Shown: positions 1 to 13,580 of the stretch, piece after piece
Numbering within the stretch: the stretch's first letter is position 1
How the letters are laid out: each line of letters begins with the position of its first letter
NCBI RefSeq assembly: GCF_006345805.1
Contig: NC_043012.1
Coordinates: forward strand, 2,604,001-2,668,000
Length of the DNA stretch: 64,000 nucleotides
Direction of reading: 5' to 3'
DNA from: Octopus sinensis
Lineage: Eukaryota
Notes under the pieces: model-generated
The model's database searches: none
What the model was told of the DNA's origin: nothing
Seen by the model: the letters and a program-made list of their open reading frames with translations, nothing else
Made by a program: the position numbers and the translations under genes

Positions 1-185
1 CTGCATGCTTAACCTGCACAAGTTCTCCCATGACCTAAATTCAATAATATTAGTGCAGATTATGTCTCTTGCTATTCATTGATAATTGGTCAGCCCTTGA
101 TGGAAACAGGCAGGAAGGCGATTTCTTTTCTCTAGAAAATAATAATGCAAGCAAATGCATTATTATAAATAAATATCTTGCGTGA

Positions 186-700
186 ATATAACTGCAGTTT
201 ATAGAAGGACGATACCATAATTGCTGTAGGGATGATAGAGAGAAGAGAGAGTAGTACTTAACATAGGTCACCCATTTGAGTTCACCTGTCTTCATGTTTT
301 GAGTTCAAATTCCACCGAGGTTGACTTTGCCTTTCATCCTTTTGTGGTCGATAAATTAAGTACCAGTTGCAGACTGGGATTGATCTAATTGACTGCACCC
401 TCTCTCTCCAAAAATTTTGGGCTTTGTGTCTAGAGTAGAAAAGAATATAACTGCAGTTTATAGACGGAAGATGCCATTAATGCTGTAGGGATGATAGAGA
501 GAAGGGATTATGGTACTTAATGTATGTCAACCATTTGAGTTCATCTTTCTTCACATTCTGAGTTCAAATTCCACTGAGGTTTACTTTGTGTTTCATCCTT
601 TTGCGGTCGATAAAATATGTACCAGTTGCGTACTGGGATCAATGTAATCAACTTTCTCCCTTTACTGAACTTGCTGGCCTTGTGTCAGAATTTGAAATCA
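186..700 (+). repeat. tandem duplication (about 260-bp unit) of a SINE family B copy plus flank
   Basis: aatataactgcagtttataga...gctgtagggatgatagagagaag repeated at about 186 and 445, each followed by gagttcaaattccac..ctttgcctttcatcctttt. Confidence 0.75.
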
Positions 701-809
701 GTTATTATTTAGTCAGGTATCTTCAGCCAGCATCCTTTGTATATTTTAAAAGTCCTGTTTGCAGAAATTGTTTTCATGAAATTCACTTTAGATTTGATGT
801 TTGTAGGTA

Positions 810-1572
810 CAGACATGGATGTCTGGTTAAGAAGCTTGCTTTGCAACTGCACGGCTTTGGGTTCAGTCCCACTGGGTGGTACCTTGGGCAACTATCTTCT
901 GCTACAGCCCTGGGCTGACCAAATACCTTGTGTGTGAATTTGGCAGGCAGAAACTATGTGGAAACCTACCACATACATGCATATATATATGTATGTGTGT
1001 CTTTGTGTTTGTCCACCTCCCTCCACTCACTGCTTGGTTTGTTTACATCCCCATAAGTTAGTTTGGCAAATGAGACCAATAGAATAAATACTAAATTTAA
1101 AAATAAGTCCTGGGACCAAGTTATTTGACTAAACCCTTTATGATGGTGCTCTAGCATGGCCACAGTCCAGTGACTGAAATACATAAAAGATAAAAGGTAA
1201 AGATTGAAATGTTCCAGTCATGCAAGATTAAAAATAGGAAAGAAAAAGTAATCACCAACCACATGGTTCCGGGTTCAGTCCCACTGCGTGGCATCTTGGG
1301 CAAGTGTCTTCTGCTATAGCCTCAGGCCAACCAATGCCTTGTGAGTGGATTTGGTAGACAGAAACTGAAAGAAGCCTGTCGTATATATGTATATATATAT
1401 GTATGTGTGTGTGTATGTTTGTGTGTCTGTGTTTGACCCCTGATGCTGGTGTGTTTACGTCCCCCGTCACTTAGCGGTTCAGCAAAAGAGACCGATAGAA
1501 TAAGTACTGGGCTTACAGAGAATAAGTCCCAGGGTTGATTTGCTTGACTGAAACAAGTAAAAGAGTAAAAGA
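810..1572 (+). mobile_element. two copies of tRNA-derived SINE family A (octopus-type)
   Basis: head tggttaagaagcttgc...gggttcagtcccactg, internal (TA/TG)n, tail ...gactgaaacaagtaaaagag; other copies at about 8090-8328, 14083-14245, 14780-15050 and 61497-61680. Confidence 0.85.
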
Positions 1573-1954
1573 GGTGTTAAATCGATTGTTGGCTTTTGTT
1601 GGTGTAGTGAGAATGCAACTTTATAGTTTGTGGTACTGTGTTGAAAAATAGGTCCCATGAGATATGACTTAGTAAAGGAGGAGTTTTCATTAGATACTGG
1701 GCAGGAAGATAATCTTCAAGGGATCCGCCAACATCCTAATGGATTTATAACTTATTTCATCTCTTTCCTGTACATCTAGATGTGCACGTGTGTGAGGGGA
1801 GAGAGAGAGAAAGAAAGAAAGTGAAAAGGAGAAGTATGCATACAGTAGTCACCTAGATCTTCATTATAATCATACTGTGTTGGTAGACATTATTGTGTGT
1901 GTGTGTGTGTGTGTATATAATACAAATGCTTTATTTTCTCTTTCTTTTTTTTAG

Positions 1955-2079
1955 GTACCCCAATCTAAATTCAAATTATTTTAGATCTGAACAAGTTCGT
2001 CCATTGTATATATGTGATGAGGAAGATGAATATCTAAAGAATGAAATAAACGAGCTTCCACTCAAGAAGCCGCGAAATG
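1955..2079 (+). CDS. MICAL3: MICAL-family gene, exon A (end of monooxygenase domain)
   Basis: ttctttttttttag| acceptor and |gtaaat donor; encodes (R)YPNLNSNYFRSEQVRPLYICDEEDEYLKNEINELPLKKPRN. RYPNLN matches the end of the MICAL MO domain. Phase 2 in, phase 1 out, fits next exon. Paralogue name is inference. Confidence 0.88.
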
Positions 2080-2366
2080 GTAAATATAGGAATTGGTTAT
2101 ATTTTTTTAATTTTAATTTTATTTACATGGTGCCACGTAAAAAGCACCCAGTACACTCTGTGAAATGGTTGGTGTCAGGAAGGGCATTCAGCTGTAGACA
2201 CCATGCCAGAACAGACAAATGGATCACCTTTTGATTTTGGAACACTATGCTGGCTTCAGTCCTGCTTGATGTGCTTATGAAGCGATAGCCAAGATTATAA
2301 TTAATCCCTCAGTCTTTATATATAAGTATATGCACATGTATCCATATATGTACATACATACACATG

Positions 2367-2397
<31 letters not shown>

Positions 2398-3752
2398 ACA
2401 CACTCACACATTAGTTGATTTCAGGAGGGGCTTTTGACCATAAACAGTGCCTCACTAAGTCATTTCCAACTCTTGGAAAAGTGATGAAAATGTGTGTGTG
2501 TGTGGATGTGTATTAATGCTTGGTTTTATGTTCAGTTATGATAAAAATAATTTGGATCTTTTCCTTTTGAACAGCAGTTTTCAACACAATTTCTAGTTAA
2601 CTAAACACTTTTAAACTTCGTATACTGGTAGAATGTGTCAAAATAAAACATTTTTTTCTCTTGGCTTTCTTGAGAAAATTGTAATTTGTAAGTTTAACAT
2701 AGTTTAATTTTTCGAATTTTAACCAATCGATGGCTTCTATTTAGCTAAAATCATTTGCTGCGTCTAAAACTGAAAATTATGTTAAGATTACAAAATGTCT
2801 GTGGAATACACTAGGGTAGAGTATTGTTAGTGGGGACACAAAGTTAAAGAGGTGGGTTCTTCAGATCACTTGGTCTTTAGGACAAAGACTAAGTAGTAAA
2901 TGTTATGTTTCTTGCAAAATTCAGGTATGGTGGGTGATAAATACAGTATGAGGATTAAGAAGTAGAGAGAACTGGGAAGAGTACAAATTTATAGATTGAA
3001 GTAACTGATGCAATCTGGTACAACTACCAGATTTTGGTGGAAATGAGAGCAAATGTGGCTTTGAGGGAAAACAGGTATAACGAGTTGGCAGGTTCAAATT
3101 GAAATAATCACAGCAAGTAAGATCAACAATAAGTGTGCCGAAGGAGAAGCCTGTGTTGGTTGTTGGTCTTATTTAGCCCCGAGTTAATTCTGATCTTGTA
3201 AACTAATGATCATGGGTGTTTCAGCAGTGATCATTCTGTATTTTATTTAGACAGATCTAACATATTATCCAATATTTTATGTATAGATATACTTACACAA
3301 AGTGTAATCCCTCCGACTTTGTTTTCTCATAACTTTCAGACAAATGGATATCTTTTAATGAAATGTTCAACAAATACTTCTCAAATAGTGTAGATAACAA
3401 TTTTATCATGATTTAATATGTAAAAAAGAATTGGTAGGGATGTACACGTGCATACTGGCACACATCACATTGTATGTGTGTGTGTGTATACTGATAGATA
3501 GATACTTAGATAGGTAAGCGTTCAATCAGATATAATCTAATTGAGCTATACAGTGAAATTATGTATTTTACATTAAAAAAATATATATTTTTCATAATTT
3601 GTTTAGACTTATCTCAAGAAGGCAAAGAAGCACACACACACATGTACAGACTCAAACACACACACACACACACATCTAAATCTAACCCTACTTAGGTAAA
3701 ATGAAGTGTCTATTGTTAATTCTAAGAGTATGTTTTGTCTTTGTTATTTCAG

Positions 3753-3906
3753 ATGATTTTATTGACAGCTACACATTGCTACGATGGTGCCAGCGTGTAC
3801 TCAACACTGGTAGACACCAGTCTGTAAATATTATAGATTTTACTTCCTCTTGGAAGTCTGGGTTGGCACTGTGTGCCCTTATACATACATTCAGACCTGA
3901 TCTCAT
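3753..3906 (+). CDS. MICAL3: MICAL exon B (CH domain, N-terminal part)
   Basis: ttatttcag| ... |gtaagt; [51 protein letters not shown](I) is a type-2 calponin-homology signature; phase 1 to 2. Confidence 0.95.
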
Positions 3907-4532
3907 GTAAGTATACACTTTGTGCTCCCATCTCTTTATCTTCTTCTCTTTTCTTTCCCTTGTTTCAATCAGTGGATTGCAATTGTGCTGAGGCACTGCC
4001 TTGAAAGGTTTAACTCAATGGTTCCCAAATTTTTTCAGGCTTCCGTCTCCTTGGAACTTGAGCTACATTCTGAGTGAGCCTGTCCCCCCTACTTGCCACC
4101 ACAAACCCTAATCATTGTGTGCAGTAAATTCAAAGCAAATGTATTTCACAAATAAAACTTAACCTAATTTAACCCATTATTTATATATATTTTTTTAAAT
4201 ATCTATTTCCCCCTTTTGGCCACCCCATTATCACTCCCATTTTTCTTCACCACCCCTGAATCTTTCCACCAATTAGAGATTATAGCAGTCAGTGGCTTGT
4301 GAGTGAATTTGGTAGATGGAAACTGTTAAAGCCCATTGTCAATATGATGAGGAGCTGAAAAATTCCTGACTTTGGGTAAAAGAAAATACAGGAGAATCAG
4401 TTAATTATGATTTTATCCAACATATTCCCTTCTCATATTCATACACTTATTGCAGTGGGCCTTCAGTTTTTCTAAGCCCTGTAAAAGAACTCCGAAGGTT
4501 TGGCCTCCAACCGGGCTTTCACAATACCTTAA

Positions 4533-4751
4533 CCCATATATACCCCTGGTTGCATTTTCGCAATGCAAAACCTGCTCTACTTGTCTGGACATGAACTCGC
4601 CAGGAAGCACCTGACTGACCATACAAAATGTTCAGTAAGTAGTCGACACCTGTAGTTAACAGTTGCATCCTGACCTTCTCTTCCAGATGTGAAATCTTAC
4701 CATAGCGTTTAATGTAAATACAGTGACATTTTTTTTATGGGCATATATGGG
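4533..4751. mobile_element. piggyBac-type MITE, family 3, nested in a mariner-type MITE
   Basis: TTAA|CCCATATATACCC ... GGGCATATATGGG|TTAA. Confidence 0.88.
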
Positions 4752-5280
4752 TTAAAGCCAGGAACTTTTTAACACCCTGAAACAATGTAAACTTTCATTT
4801 AATCAAGATATTCTTGGCCCGAGGAGTAGCCTGCAGTATACACCTCGCTTGAATACTTAACACTTTTGAGGTTCTGCTTGCTATGAAACATATGTAGCCC
4901 GGAGCCTGGATCTTATCTACTCCATTCCTTAACTCTTGTATTTTCATTTGCACACCCGGTAACCCAGGTCACCTACTGTGTAATATAAAAAGAACATTTT
5001 TGAGTTTATTGTACTTCAATATGAAAAATATCCACAACCTTCTGTCTCAATAAACCACCATTGTCCCTGAAAGTTGTTTTTTATATTTACTGCGAATTGC
5101 TTGAAGCTGACTTTCTTCCTACACTTCACCTGTAAGTGTGCTTGTCCCCATCACTCCATGACAACTGTGTTGATCTGTTTGCACCTCCATAACTTAGTGG
5201 TTTGGCTAAAGAGAATGATAGTCTAAATACCAGACTTTAAAAATTTGTACTGGGTCAAATTGTTCATCTAAATTCTTTAA

Positions 5281-5501
5281 CCCTTTTGTTACCAACCCAG
5301 CTGAAACCGGCTCTGACCTTATAGTACAAATGTTTTATTTTCAAAAGTTCTGAATTAAAATCTTCCACCAAACCTTAGTCTCAATTTATATTCCTAACAC
5401 TAACTTAATGATAACTAAGTTATTTTATTAAATTCTCTGTTATATTTTAAATAATTGAAAGAAACACAAAGCATCTCAAAATAAATACAGTAACAAAAGG
5501 G
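5281..5501. mobile_element. piggyBac-type MITE, family 1
   Basis: TTAA|CCCTTTTGTTAC ... GTAACAAAAGGG|TTAA. Confidence 0.9.
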
Positions 5502-5593
5502 TTAAGGCAGTGTCCTGGTGTGGTGACAGTCCACAGCAAAATATCTCGTGAATTGAGAAATAATAATACTTTTTCTTTGATTTCTATTTCTAG

Positions 5594-5642
5594 TGATTTT
5601 AATAGCCTCAACAAATCCGAGGTGGTAAAGAACAATCAGCTT
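5594..5642 (+). CDS. MICAL3: MICAL exon C (CH domain)
   Basis: tttctag| ... |gtgagt; (I)DFNSLNKSEVVKNNQL continues RPDL-IDF; phase 2 to 0. Confidence 0.93.
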
Positions 5643-5872
5643 GTGAGTGTCAAAGTTTTACTTTACTCCTTACCGGTTAAATGTTTTAAATATGTATTGT
5701 GTTTTATGATAATGTCCACACTTAGAATTTACATCACTTGTCTGGAATCCCCTATCTTGCTCAACATGTCAATTTCCTGGAAACTGTTAAGAAACGTGCA
5801 ACCAGACAAATACCCACTGTCAGTCCTCTACCATACTCTGAATGTCTTGCTTCCCTTGGCATGGACACATTG

Positions 5873-6170
5873 TGGAGGCACATGGCCTAGTGGTTAGAGC
5901 AGCGGACTTGCAGTTGAGGGATCATGGGTTCGAATGTAAGACCGGGCGATGTGTGTGTTTATGAGCGAAACATCTAAGCTCCCCGCAGCTCCGGCAGAAG
6001 GTAATGGCGAACTTCTGCTGACTCTTTCGCCACAACTTTCTCTCACTCTTTCTTCCTCCATCTTGCAGCTCACCTGCGACGGACTGGCGTCCCGTCCAGG
6101 TGGGGAATCTATATGCCAAGGAAACCAGGAAACCGGCCCTTATGAGCCAGGCATGGCTTGAGAAGGAAAA
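5873..6170 (+). mobile_element. SINE family C, third tail type
   Basis: head ggaggcacatggcctagtggttagagc...gggttcgaat, tail cctgcgacggactggcgtcccgtccagg. Confidence 0.8.
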
Positions 6171-6460
6171 AACATGGATGCATTAAAGCTCCAACGTCTG
6201 GCAACTGACTTGGCAGACACTCTCGAGATTATCCACCATGTTTCCAACCACAACCGTGGGCACCTTTTTGAATTCCTTATGTCTAACATTCATGGACATT
6301 CACACAAGGTTGATTTTGCCTTTCATTCTTTTGGGGTTGATAAGTACCAGTTGCGCTCTGGGGTCATTGTAATTGACAGGCCTTGTGCTTATAGTAGAAA
6401 GGATTGTTATTATTATTGTTATTACAAAATAACAATAATATAATAAAGTGAATATAACAC

Positions 6461-6720
6461 AGGCATATAGCGTTGTGGTTAAGAGCGCGAGCTACTAACT
6501 CCAAGATTCCAAGTTTGATTCCAAGCAGTGACCTGAATAATATTAATAATAATAATAATAATAATAATAACATTGAAAAATACCTTAGGAATGAGAACCC
6601 AGGTTCGAAATTTCCCCAAGACACCTGATGAAGCTCGGAGGGTATATCAGCCGAAACGTTGTGTTAACAACAAACAAGATGAGGACAATATCCGTCAAAT
6701 GTAAATAATATAAATAATAA
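6461..6720 (+). mobile_element. tRNA-headed SINE-like element with (AAT)n spacer and hammerhead-bearing tail
   Basis: A-box-like TAGCGTTGTGG, B-box-like GTTTGATTCC, (AAT)n at 6536-6570, then a tail containing the hammerhead. Confidence 0.6.
6620..6665 (+). ncRNA. minimal type-I hammerhead ribozyme motif (Penelope/retrozyme type)
   Basis: stem I GACAC/GTGTT, core CTGATGA (6625-6631), imperfect stem II GCT/AGC, GAAA, palindromic ACGT stem III, cleavage triplet GTT. Confidence 0.7.
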
Positions 6721-6991
6721 TGTGTATGTTTTAGTAATTACAATAACTCTACTTATTTCAATCCCAACACACTGTTCTGGATCAAACTATTTACCAAAGA
6801 AATATTGCAACCCAAGAATTTCAAATATGAGTTTCATAAAACAACAAGGCATTAATAAAGCAAACATTTATTTGTTTTGATTTATGTTTTTAAGTTCTGT
6901 TTACTTATTTATTTGTTATTTTATTAGGTTTTTTTTATATATATATATATATTTTATAATTACCATTCTCACTCTTTTCCTTTTTGTGCAG

Positions 6992-7139
6992 GCTTTTGAT
7001 TTAGCCGAAAAAGAATTTGGTATCTCACCTGTGATGACTGGGCAAGAGATGGCCGAGTGTGATGAGCCTGACAAACTTGCCATGGTTTCCTATCTCTCTC
7101 AGTTCTATGTTATTTTCAAGAAAGAAAAACATCCAAAAT
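6992..7139 (+). CDS. MICAL3: MICAL exon D (CH domain, C-terminal part)
   Basis: tttttgtgcag| ... |gtacgt; [49 protein letters not shown]; phase 0 to 1. Confidence 0.95.
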
Positions 7140-9189
7140 GTACGTACCGCATTCTATGTAGGAATGACCAAATTCCTAACACCACTCGCTTAATACTACA
7201 TCCTTGTAAAAATGTTAAAATGTGTTGCTGTAGAAATAGTGAAATTCCTCAATCAGAACATTGTATGATCCATTAATTTTTATTTGTGTTTCTTCATGCT
7301 TCACTGATTCAACAAAGGTGGAACCCTATAATTAGGTGCAGATGCAAGCAATAATCTAGAGCATTGGTTCCAAACCAGTGAGCATCCATCCCCTGTAAGG
7401 TAGTGAAAATCATCATCATCATCATGTTTTTATGTGGAGTACCGAATGTTATCAAATCTGTATTTCTCTAAATAGTTTAATCATATTTTGAACTGTCTCC
7501 ACGAAACAGTATGTTTTTATTACTTCGATATGTGGAATGGCTGAACCATTTGAGTGTAGTAGGAATGCCCAGCTGCAGTTTTTATAGATCTTTATGTTTT
7601 GAGATCAAATCCTACCTCAGTCAACTTTGCCATTCATCTTTACAGTCAATAAAATTAAGTATTTGTCAAGTACTGGGAACTAATGTCATTGACTAACTTC
7701 ACTACCTTAAACATTGCTAGACTGTGCTTAAATTAGGAATGATTAATTTAATAAGTTTTTTTTTCCTTTCTAAACATTTTTATACCTTGTTCTCATTTGA
7801 AGATGTTCTTATTGAGGGTAAAACTGCAATTTTTTTTATTGAACACTTAATTGCTCAGTTTTTTGTTATAATTTGCCCTTTTGTTACAATATTTCTGTTC
7901 AAATACACTGCTTTTGTCTCAATTAATTTTGAATATAATAAAGAACTTAGTATCGCTTTGTCATTATGAAATTGATGTATGAAGCATAAATCAAGTATTT
8001 CATTATGGAAGAGTATAGAGTGTGGAAAGTATGGAGCATAAATCAACATGAGATTTTGATATAAGGTTTTAATTTAAATATGTATATATATGTATATGTG
8101 TGTGTGTGCGTCTTTGTGTCTGTGTTTGTCCCCCATCACCACTTGACAACTGGTGTTGGTGTGTTTACGTCCCCATAACTAAGCTGTTCAACAAAACAGA
8201 CTGATAGAATAAGTACTAGGCTTTAAAAAAAAATAGTCCTAGAGTCGATTTGTTCGACTAAACCCCTTCATGATGGTGCTCCAGCATGGCTGCAGTCAAA
8301 TGACAAACAAGTAAAAGAGTAAAAGAATGGTTTGAAGAAAATTTTAGCAGTTATTTTTAGCAAGTCTGGCTACCATGTAGATGTTCCCTTATTGGCTTCC
8401 CTTTTTTTTTTTCTATAACATTATATATCATAGTGGAAAGGGCACTGTATTCTGTACACAGTTCTTAGACTTCTGTTAGAATACTTGGTATTTAATTTGA
8501 ATTACTACAGGTTTATATTAGTAGCACATGTGACTGACTTCTACGTCTCAGGACTCTGAGTTGCTTAACTGGAAGGTCCAGAAACCAGTAGCCTTTACGT
8601 GGTTCACGTGTTTGAAATGCAAACAGCTAGGAGAATCAATACGAAGCGAGACTATGTAAAAAAAGTGGCACACATCCCAACATCTGTTGGTATCTCACAT
8701 CGTTCACGTGCTTCAGGTGGTTGTCCATGCATGATTGAATGTATGCATGAGTCACTCTGGATATGTGTTGACATGGTTTCACACTTAGAAAGGTATAACA
8801 CCGCCAATGGCGACACAAACCCAGGCTTTAATAAAACAATACATTAGCTTCATTTAACTTGTGAGTCATCACTAACAAGACAGAGAGAGAGAGAGAGAGA
8901 CTATTGTTGCCCTCTATGATTATCATAAACTAGTATCCATCTATTGACCAATATGCACATGAATACACACACAAACACATACACACATCTACACACACAC
9001 ATAGACATATATACACATACACACATCTTTACATATATGTGTGTTTGTGTATCTGTATATATGTGTATGTATCTGTATATATGTGTATGTATCTGTATAT
9101 ATGTGTGTGTATGTGTATGTAAGCATGGAAAAGTGAAAGTTAAAATGATGATGCATTTATATTGGCATGTACATATATATATATATATA

Positions 9190-9228
<39 letters not shown>

Positions 9229-9715
9229 TTCCTCCATACCCCAACCTTCCCACTGGTTGCTCCCCTATATTACCCGCCTCAACTGGACCCCCCCCTCCCC
9301 AACTCAACTCTAGAATATCTGTATTTCTTTCCTCTACCTAATTACGTTACTCAGTGACGATAAATGCTGTGACTACAAAGACCCGGGCTGCTTTCTGCAG
9401 CAATTCCACATACCCCCTACCCATTCTAAGTACCCGGATCCCCAAAGTACCCGGATCCCCAAAGTACCCCGGACCTCGTTGCCCCCGTGCCGCTGACACG
9501 TTAAATGCTCGAACGATCGTGACGATGCCGGACCCTCCGGCCCTGTGCAGGTGGCACGTAAAAAGCACCCAATCCACTCACGGAGTGGTTGGCGTTAGGA
9601 AGGGCATCCAGCCGTAGAAACTCTGCCAGATTCAGACTGGAGCTGGTGCGGCCCTGGCTTCCCAGACCCGGTCAAACCGTCCAACCCGTGCTAGCGCGGA
9701 AAGCGGACGTTAAAC

Positions 9716-9744
<29 letters not shown>

Positions 9745-9748
<4 letters not shown>

Positions 9749-9864
9749 ATATATATATATATATATATATGCATATATATGTGTGTGTGTGTGTGTGCAT
9801 ATAAATCCTTAAATCCTTAAAAATGTTTTAGCCCGAAGGCCGCAGCCATGCTGTGTGTGTGCGG

Positions 9865-9915
<51 letters not shown>

Positions 9916-10103
9916 TCATATATTGTGTTCAAAGCAGCAGCTGATTCACTCTTTGGCTGCTCATTTAAGTGACAATGATTTACATCTAAATGAGTGTGTG
10001 TGTGTGTATCTATATATGTATGGGTATATATATGCATAGGCATATGTATGCATAGGCATATGTATATATATATATGCATATGCATGTATATATATATATG
10101 TAC

Positions 10104-10146
<43 letters not shown>

Positions 10147-10330
10147 TATGTATATATATGTGTGTATGCACTCATGTATATGTATGCATATACATGTATA
10201 CACATATATATGTATATGCATGTATGTGTGTATATATGTACATTCTTTTATATATATGTATCTACATACATATGTGTGCGTATATATATATATATATATA
10301 TGTATATGCTTACGCACACATATACATTAG
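9745..10330. repeat. compound (TA)n/(TG)n microsatellite field
   Basis: seen directly; similar fields at 8960-9225, 12840-13390, 19820-19990, 42940-43620 and 44620-44820 explain most YIYI/HTHT ORFs. Confidence 0.95.
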
Positions 10331-11376
10331 TTATAGGGATTCAGTAGAATCTAGTTACATCAACACATAAGATGCCAGAAATGGCTAGGTACAATAACAT
10401 AGAGTTCGCAGTAAAGTAAACAACGTTGACGGCATGAAGTTTTGATAGGACCCTGTAGATATGCATGCACCAAATCTAATTGAAACTGTAGACCTGACTC
10501 CAGGGTCAGTCCTTGGTGTGGCGTAAGTATAAAATGAAAATACAAATGGTGTTTAAAATTTATGACAGCTCTTTTGCTAGAGTTTTATTAATGCATTCAT
10601 AAATTATATCATAACATAGAATCCACCATCTTCAGATAAAATTTTAAACAAGTGAGATTTCAAACATGCAAGGTTTCATGATACAATCCAGACAAATCCA
10701 ACATTGTTGGAAATTAAAATATAACATGGATATATATAGAAAAATTTGAGGGTGTCATGTAAATGAGCAAAGAGATTCAGTAATCATAAAATTTAAATTC
10801 ACTTATCTAAATTAATTTGTGGCTAACACAGCTGTGGAAAACAACACAAGAATCACAGACATGTTGTAGCTTTGAGTAGATATTAAAGGCCATGAAAACT
10901 AAGCAGATATTTTCTCAGTTAAAGGAGATGAAACTCCAGGACTGCAGAAAACCACAAAGCTGTTATCAACTTTCACATCATTCGGTTCAACTTAAGTACA
11001 ATAGTTACACTTGTACACACACATACTCTTATATGAACACACACACACAGATTTAGCATCTATTTTCCAGGTTTGCATGGGTTAGACAGTTCGACTGGGA
11101 ATGGTAAGTCAGAAATCTGTAATGGGTTCCAGCCTGATTTTGGCATGGTTTCTACAGCTGGATGCCCTTCCTAATGCCAATCACTCCAAGAGTGTAGTAG
11201 GTGCCTTATGCATATGTAAACACATACATACACACATACACATACATGTATATACACACACAAACACATATCTGTGGCAATTTGAAAATTATTTTTTTAG
11301 AACATTATTTGATAAAACATTTGTTCACTATTTTTTGTATTACTTTCTAATTATAATCTTTTCTTCCTTTTCTCAG

Positions 11377-11486
11377 TGGAAAATATTGCTCTCACTCCAG
11401 AAGAAGGACCGAAACCATACAGATCTCCATCTCATCGTTTGTCCCTTCTGCAGAAGATAAGCAACCGCTTCTCTAAACACAAAAGA
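11377..11486 (+). CDS. MICAL3: MICAL exon E (post-CH linker)
   Basis: ccttttctcag| ... |gtaagt; (L)ENIALTPEEGPKPYRSPSHRLSLLQKISNRFSKHKR; phase 1 to 0, consistent with neighbours. Confidence 0.85.
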
Positions 11487-11541
11487 GTAAGTGTTATTGT
11501 TATTGAATATGCATGAGTAGAACAGAAGGTAAATATGCCAA

Positions 11542-11600
<59 letters not shown>

Positions 11601-11609
11601 TATATTTAT

Positions 11610-12620
11610 ACGGTCACTATATAGATGACTGTATAAGCGCTACCTTCCTCTCCTTCAAACAGCTCTCCAATTTCGTCTTGTTTCTAACTTCCACCCTTCT
11701 CTTGAATTCACCTCTACCATCTCTGATACTTTTGTAAACTTCCTTGATATCTGTCTCCATTGGTCCCTTCACCCACTTTTCTCACCACCTCCACCTTCTT
11801 TAAACCCATGGAGTCCCACCTCTACCTCATCTGTTCCTCCTATATCCCTCCCGCACCAAACGGGCCATCCCCTACTCCCAGTTCCTCCGCCTCCGATGTC
11901 TGTGTGGCTGGGACCAGGATTTCAAGACCCAGCCCCAGTACCCATCCACCCTTGTCCAAACTGCTCTTACCTATGCTCGTCTAGTCAATTGCGTTACCAC
12001 CCTCTCTCCTTCCCCACACCGATCCCCACCCACATCCCCTTTCCCCTCCTTTTCTACCCCTCCACCCTACCTCTTAATCGGAAGATCCTGTGGGCTTTCC
12101 GCCACCTCCAGCTAGATCCCACCCATCTCCCTATTTTCCCCAACCCACCCTTACCCATAACCTACGCAAGCTACTGGTCCGTAGCTCCCTCTCCCCCTCC
12201 ATTCCAACCCAACTCAGATCCTTCTCTTGCTCCAGACCCCGTTGCCACACCAATCCTTTCATCAGCAACACCATCTCCTCCCTCACTGGATCCAACCAGC
12301 ACCCCCTCAACATTAGGAACTTCTCTCCTGCGCTTCTTCAAACCTCATTTACTGCATCAGGTGCAATCAACTTTATGTTGGTCAGACAAGTTACTGGCTA
12401 ATCGACAGGTACACTGAACCCACCTTTGAGACCTTCATCTATGTAAGAACACCCCCCGTCACCCACCATTTTCGCTTGGCCGGCCACTCCACCTCAAACC
12501 TCACCATCTTCAGCCTCACTCTACACTATGGATCCACCAACTCTGGACTCCGCCTGGAACAGCACTACATTTTCACTCTACGTACTCAAACTCTTTTCGA
12601 ACTCAACACAACCCCCTCCT
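11610..12620 (+). mobile_element. decayed Penelope-like retroelement (RT C-terminus plus GIY-YIG endonuclease)
   Basis: frameshifted fragments TSTFFKPMESHLYLICSS, IPYSQFLRLRCL and LIYCIRCNQLYVGQTSYWLIDRYTE (GIY-YIG); C-rich composition. Confidence 0.8.
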
Positions 12621-13330
12621 CTCAATGACTTACTCCACACCCCTTTTTTTAAGAAATCATTTTATTCAATCTTATTTTTTATTCATTTTTTTAATTTTAT
12701 TTTTTTTTTCTATTCATTTCTTTTACTGACTTTGTTTTTTTTTATTTCTGTTACTGATTTATTCACATAATCTTTTTCATTTATTTTTTTATCATTACTA
12801 ATTTTTATTTTTTATTAGTTATTTGTATTATTTTTTATATTCCTATACCACACACCACACCCAAGAATATACACACACGCACACCCACATACATAATACC
12901 CACATACTTGGCTACACCAATGTACCAACACACATTCCACCTCAACCCTCTCATGCACACGCACATACACACCCACACACACCTACCCAAACATGAACAC
13001 ACATATACCTCTACACACACAACCCGCCACATGCACACATATACACGTAAGTACATACACTTCCATATGCACTCACACACACATGCCCCGCATGTATACA
13101 CACACATATACAGAGAGAGGCACATGCACCCATATACATGTGCACACACACTTTCCCACAAATGCCAACACACACACACACACACATTCACACACCCTTC
13201 AGACTGCTTCTGACTCACTATTGACCCTTCCATCTACACTCACATACAAACACATACACACACACACGCGCGGCCACACCCACCCATTTACACATCTGTC
13301 ACTATAGTTGCTGACCTCTCAAAGCAACAT

Positions 13331-13388
<58 letters not shown>

Positions 13389-13545
13389 CCATACATACAC
13401 TCCCCATACACCTATACTGTCCATTTTCACAATTTCCTATCCCAAAAACCACTTCCGGTCACTTCACAAATGTAACTGCATTGTTGGCTGTTGGCGATTT
13501 TTCCTCATTCTTCCTTCTTTCTCTTTGGACTTTCCTACTTTTCCT

Positions 13546-13580
13546 GTTTCCGACGAAGAGCTGTACTTGAAATGTCAAAC
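13546..13580 (+). ncRNA. degenerate minimal hammerhead motif (Penelope 3-prime end)
   Basis: GTTT CCGACGA A GAG ctgta CTT GAAA TGTC AAAC: stem I GTTT/AAAC, stem II GAG/CTT; core U4 to C change and broken ACGT palindrome. Confidence 0.55.

Noticed and set aside
8901-10370. Many overlapping ORFs rich in YIYI/CVCV/HTHT
   Set aside because: Translations of (TA)n/(TG)n microsatellites; the same applies at 12835-13307, 19733-20133, 42928-43602 and 44480-44853.
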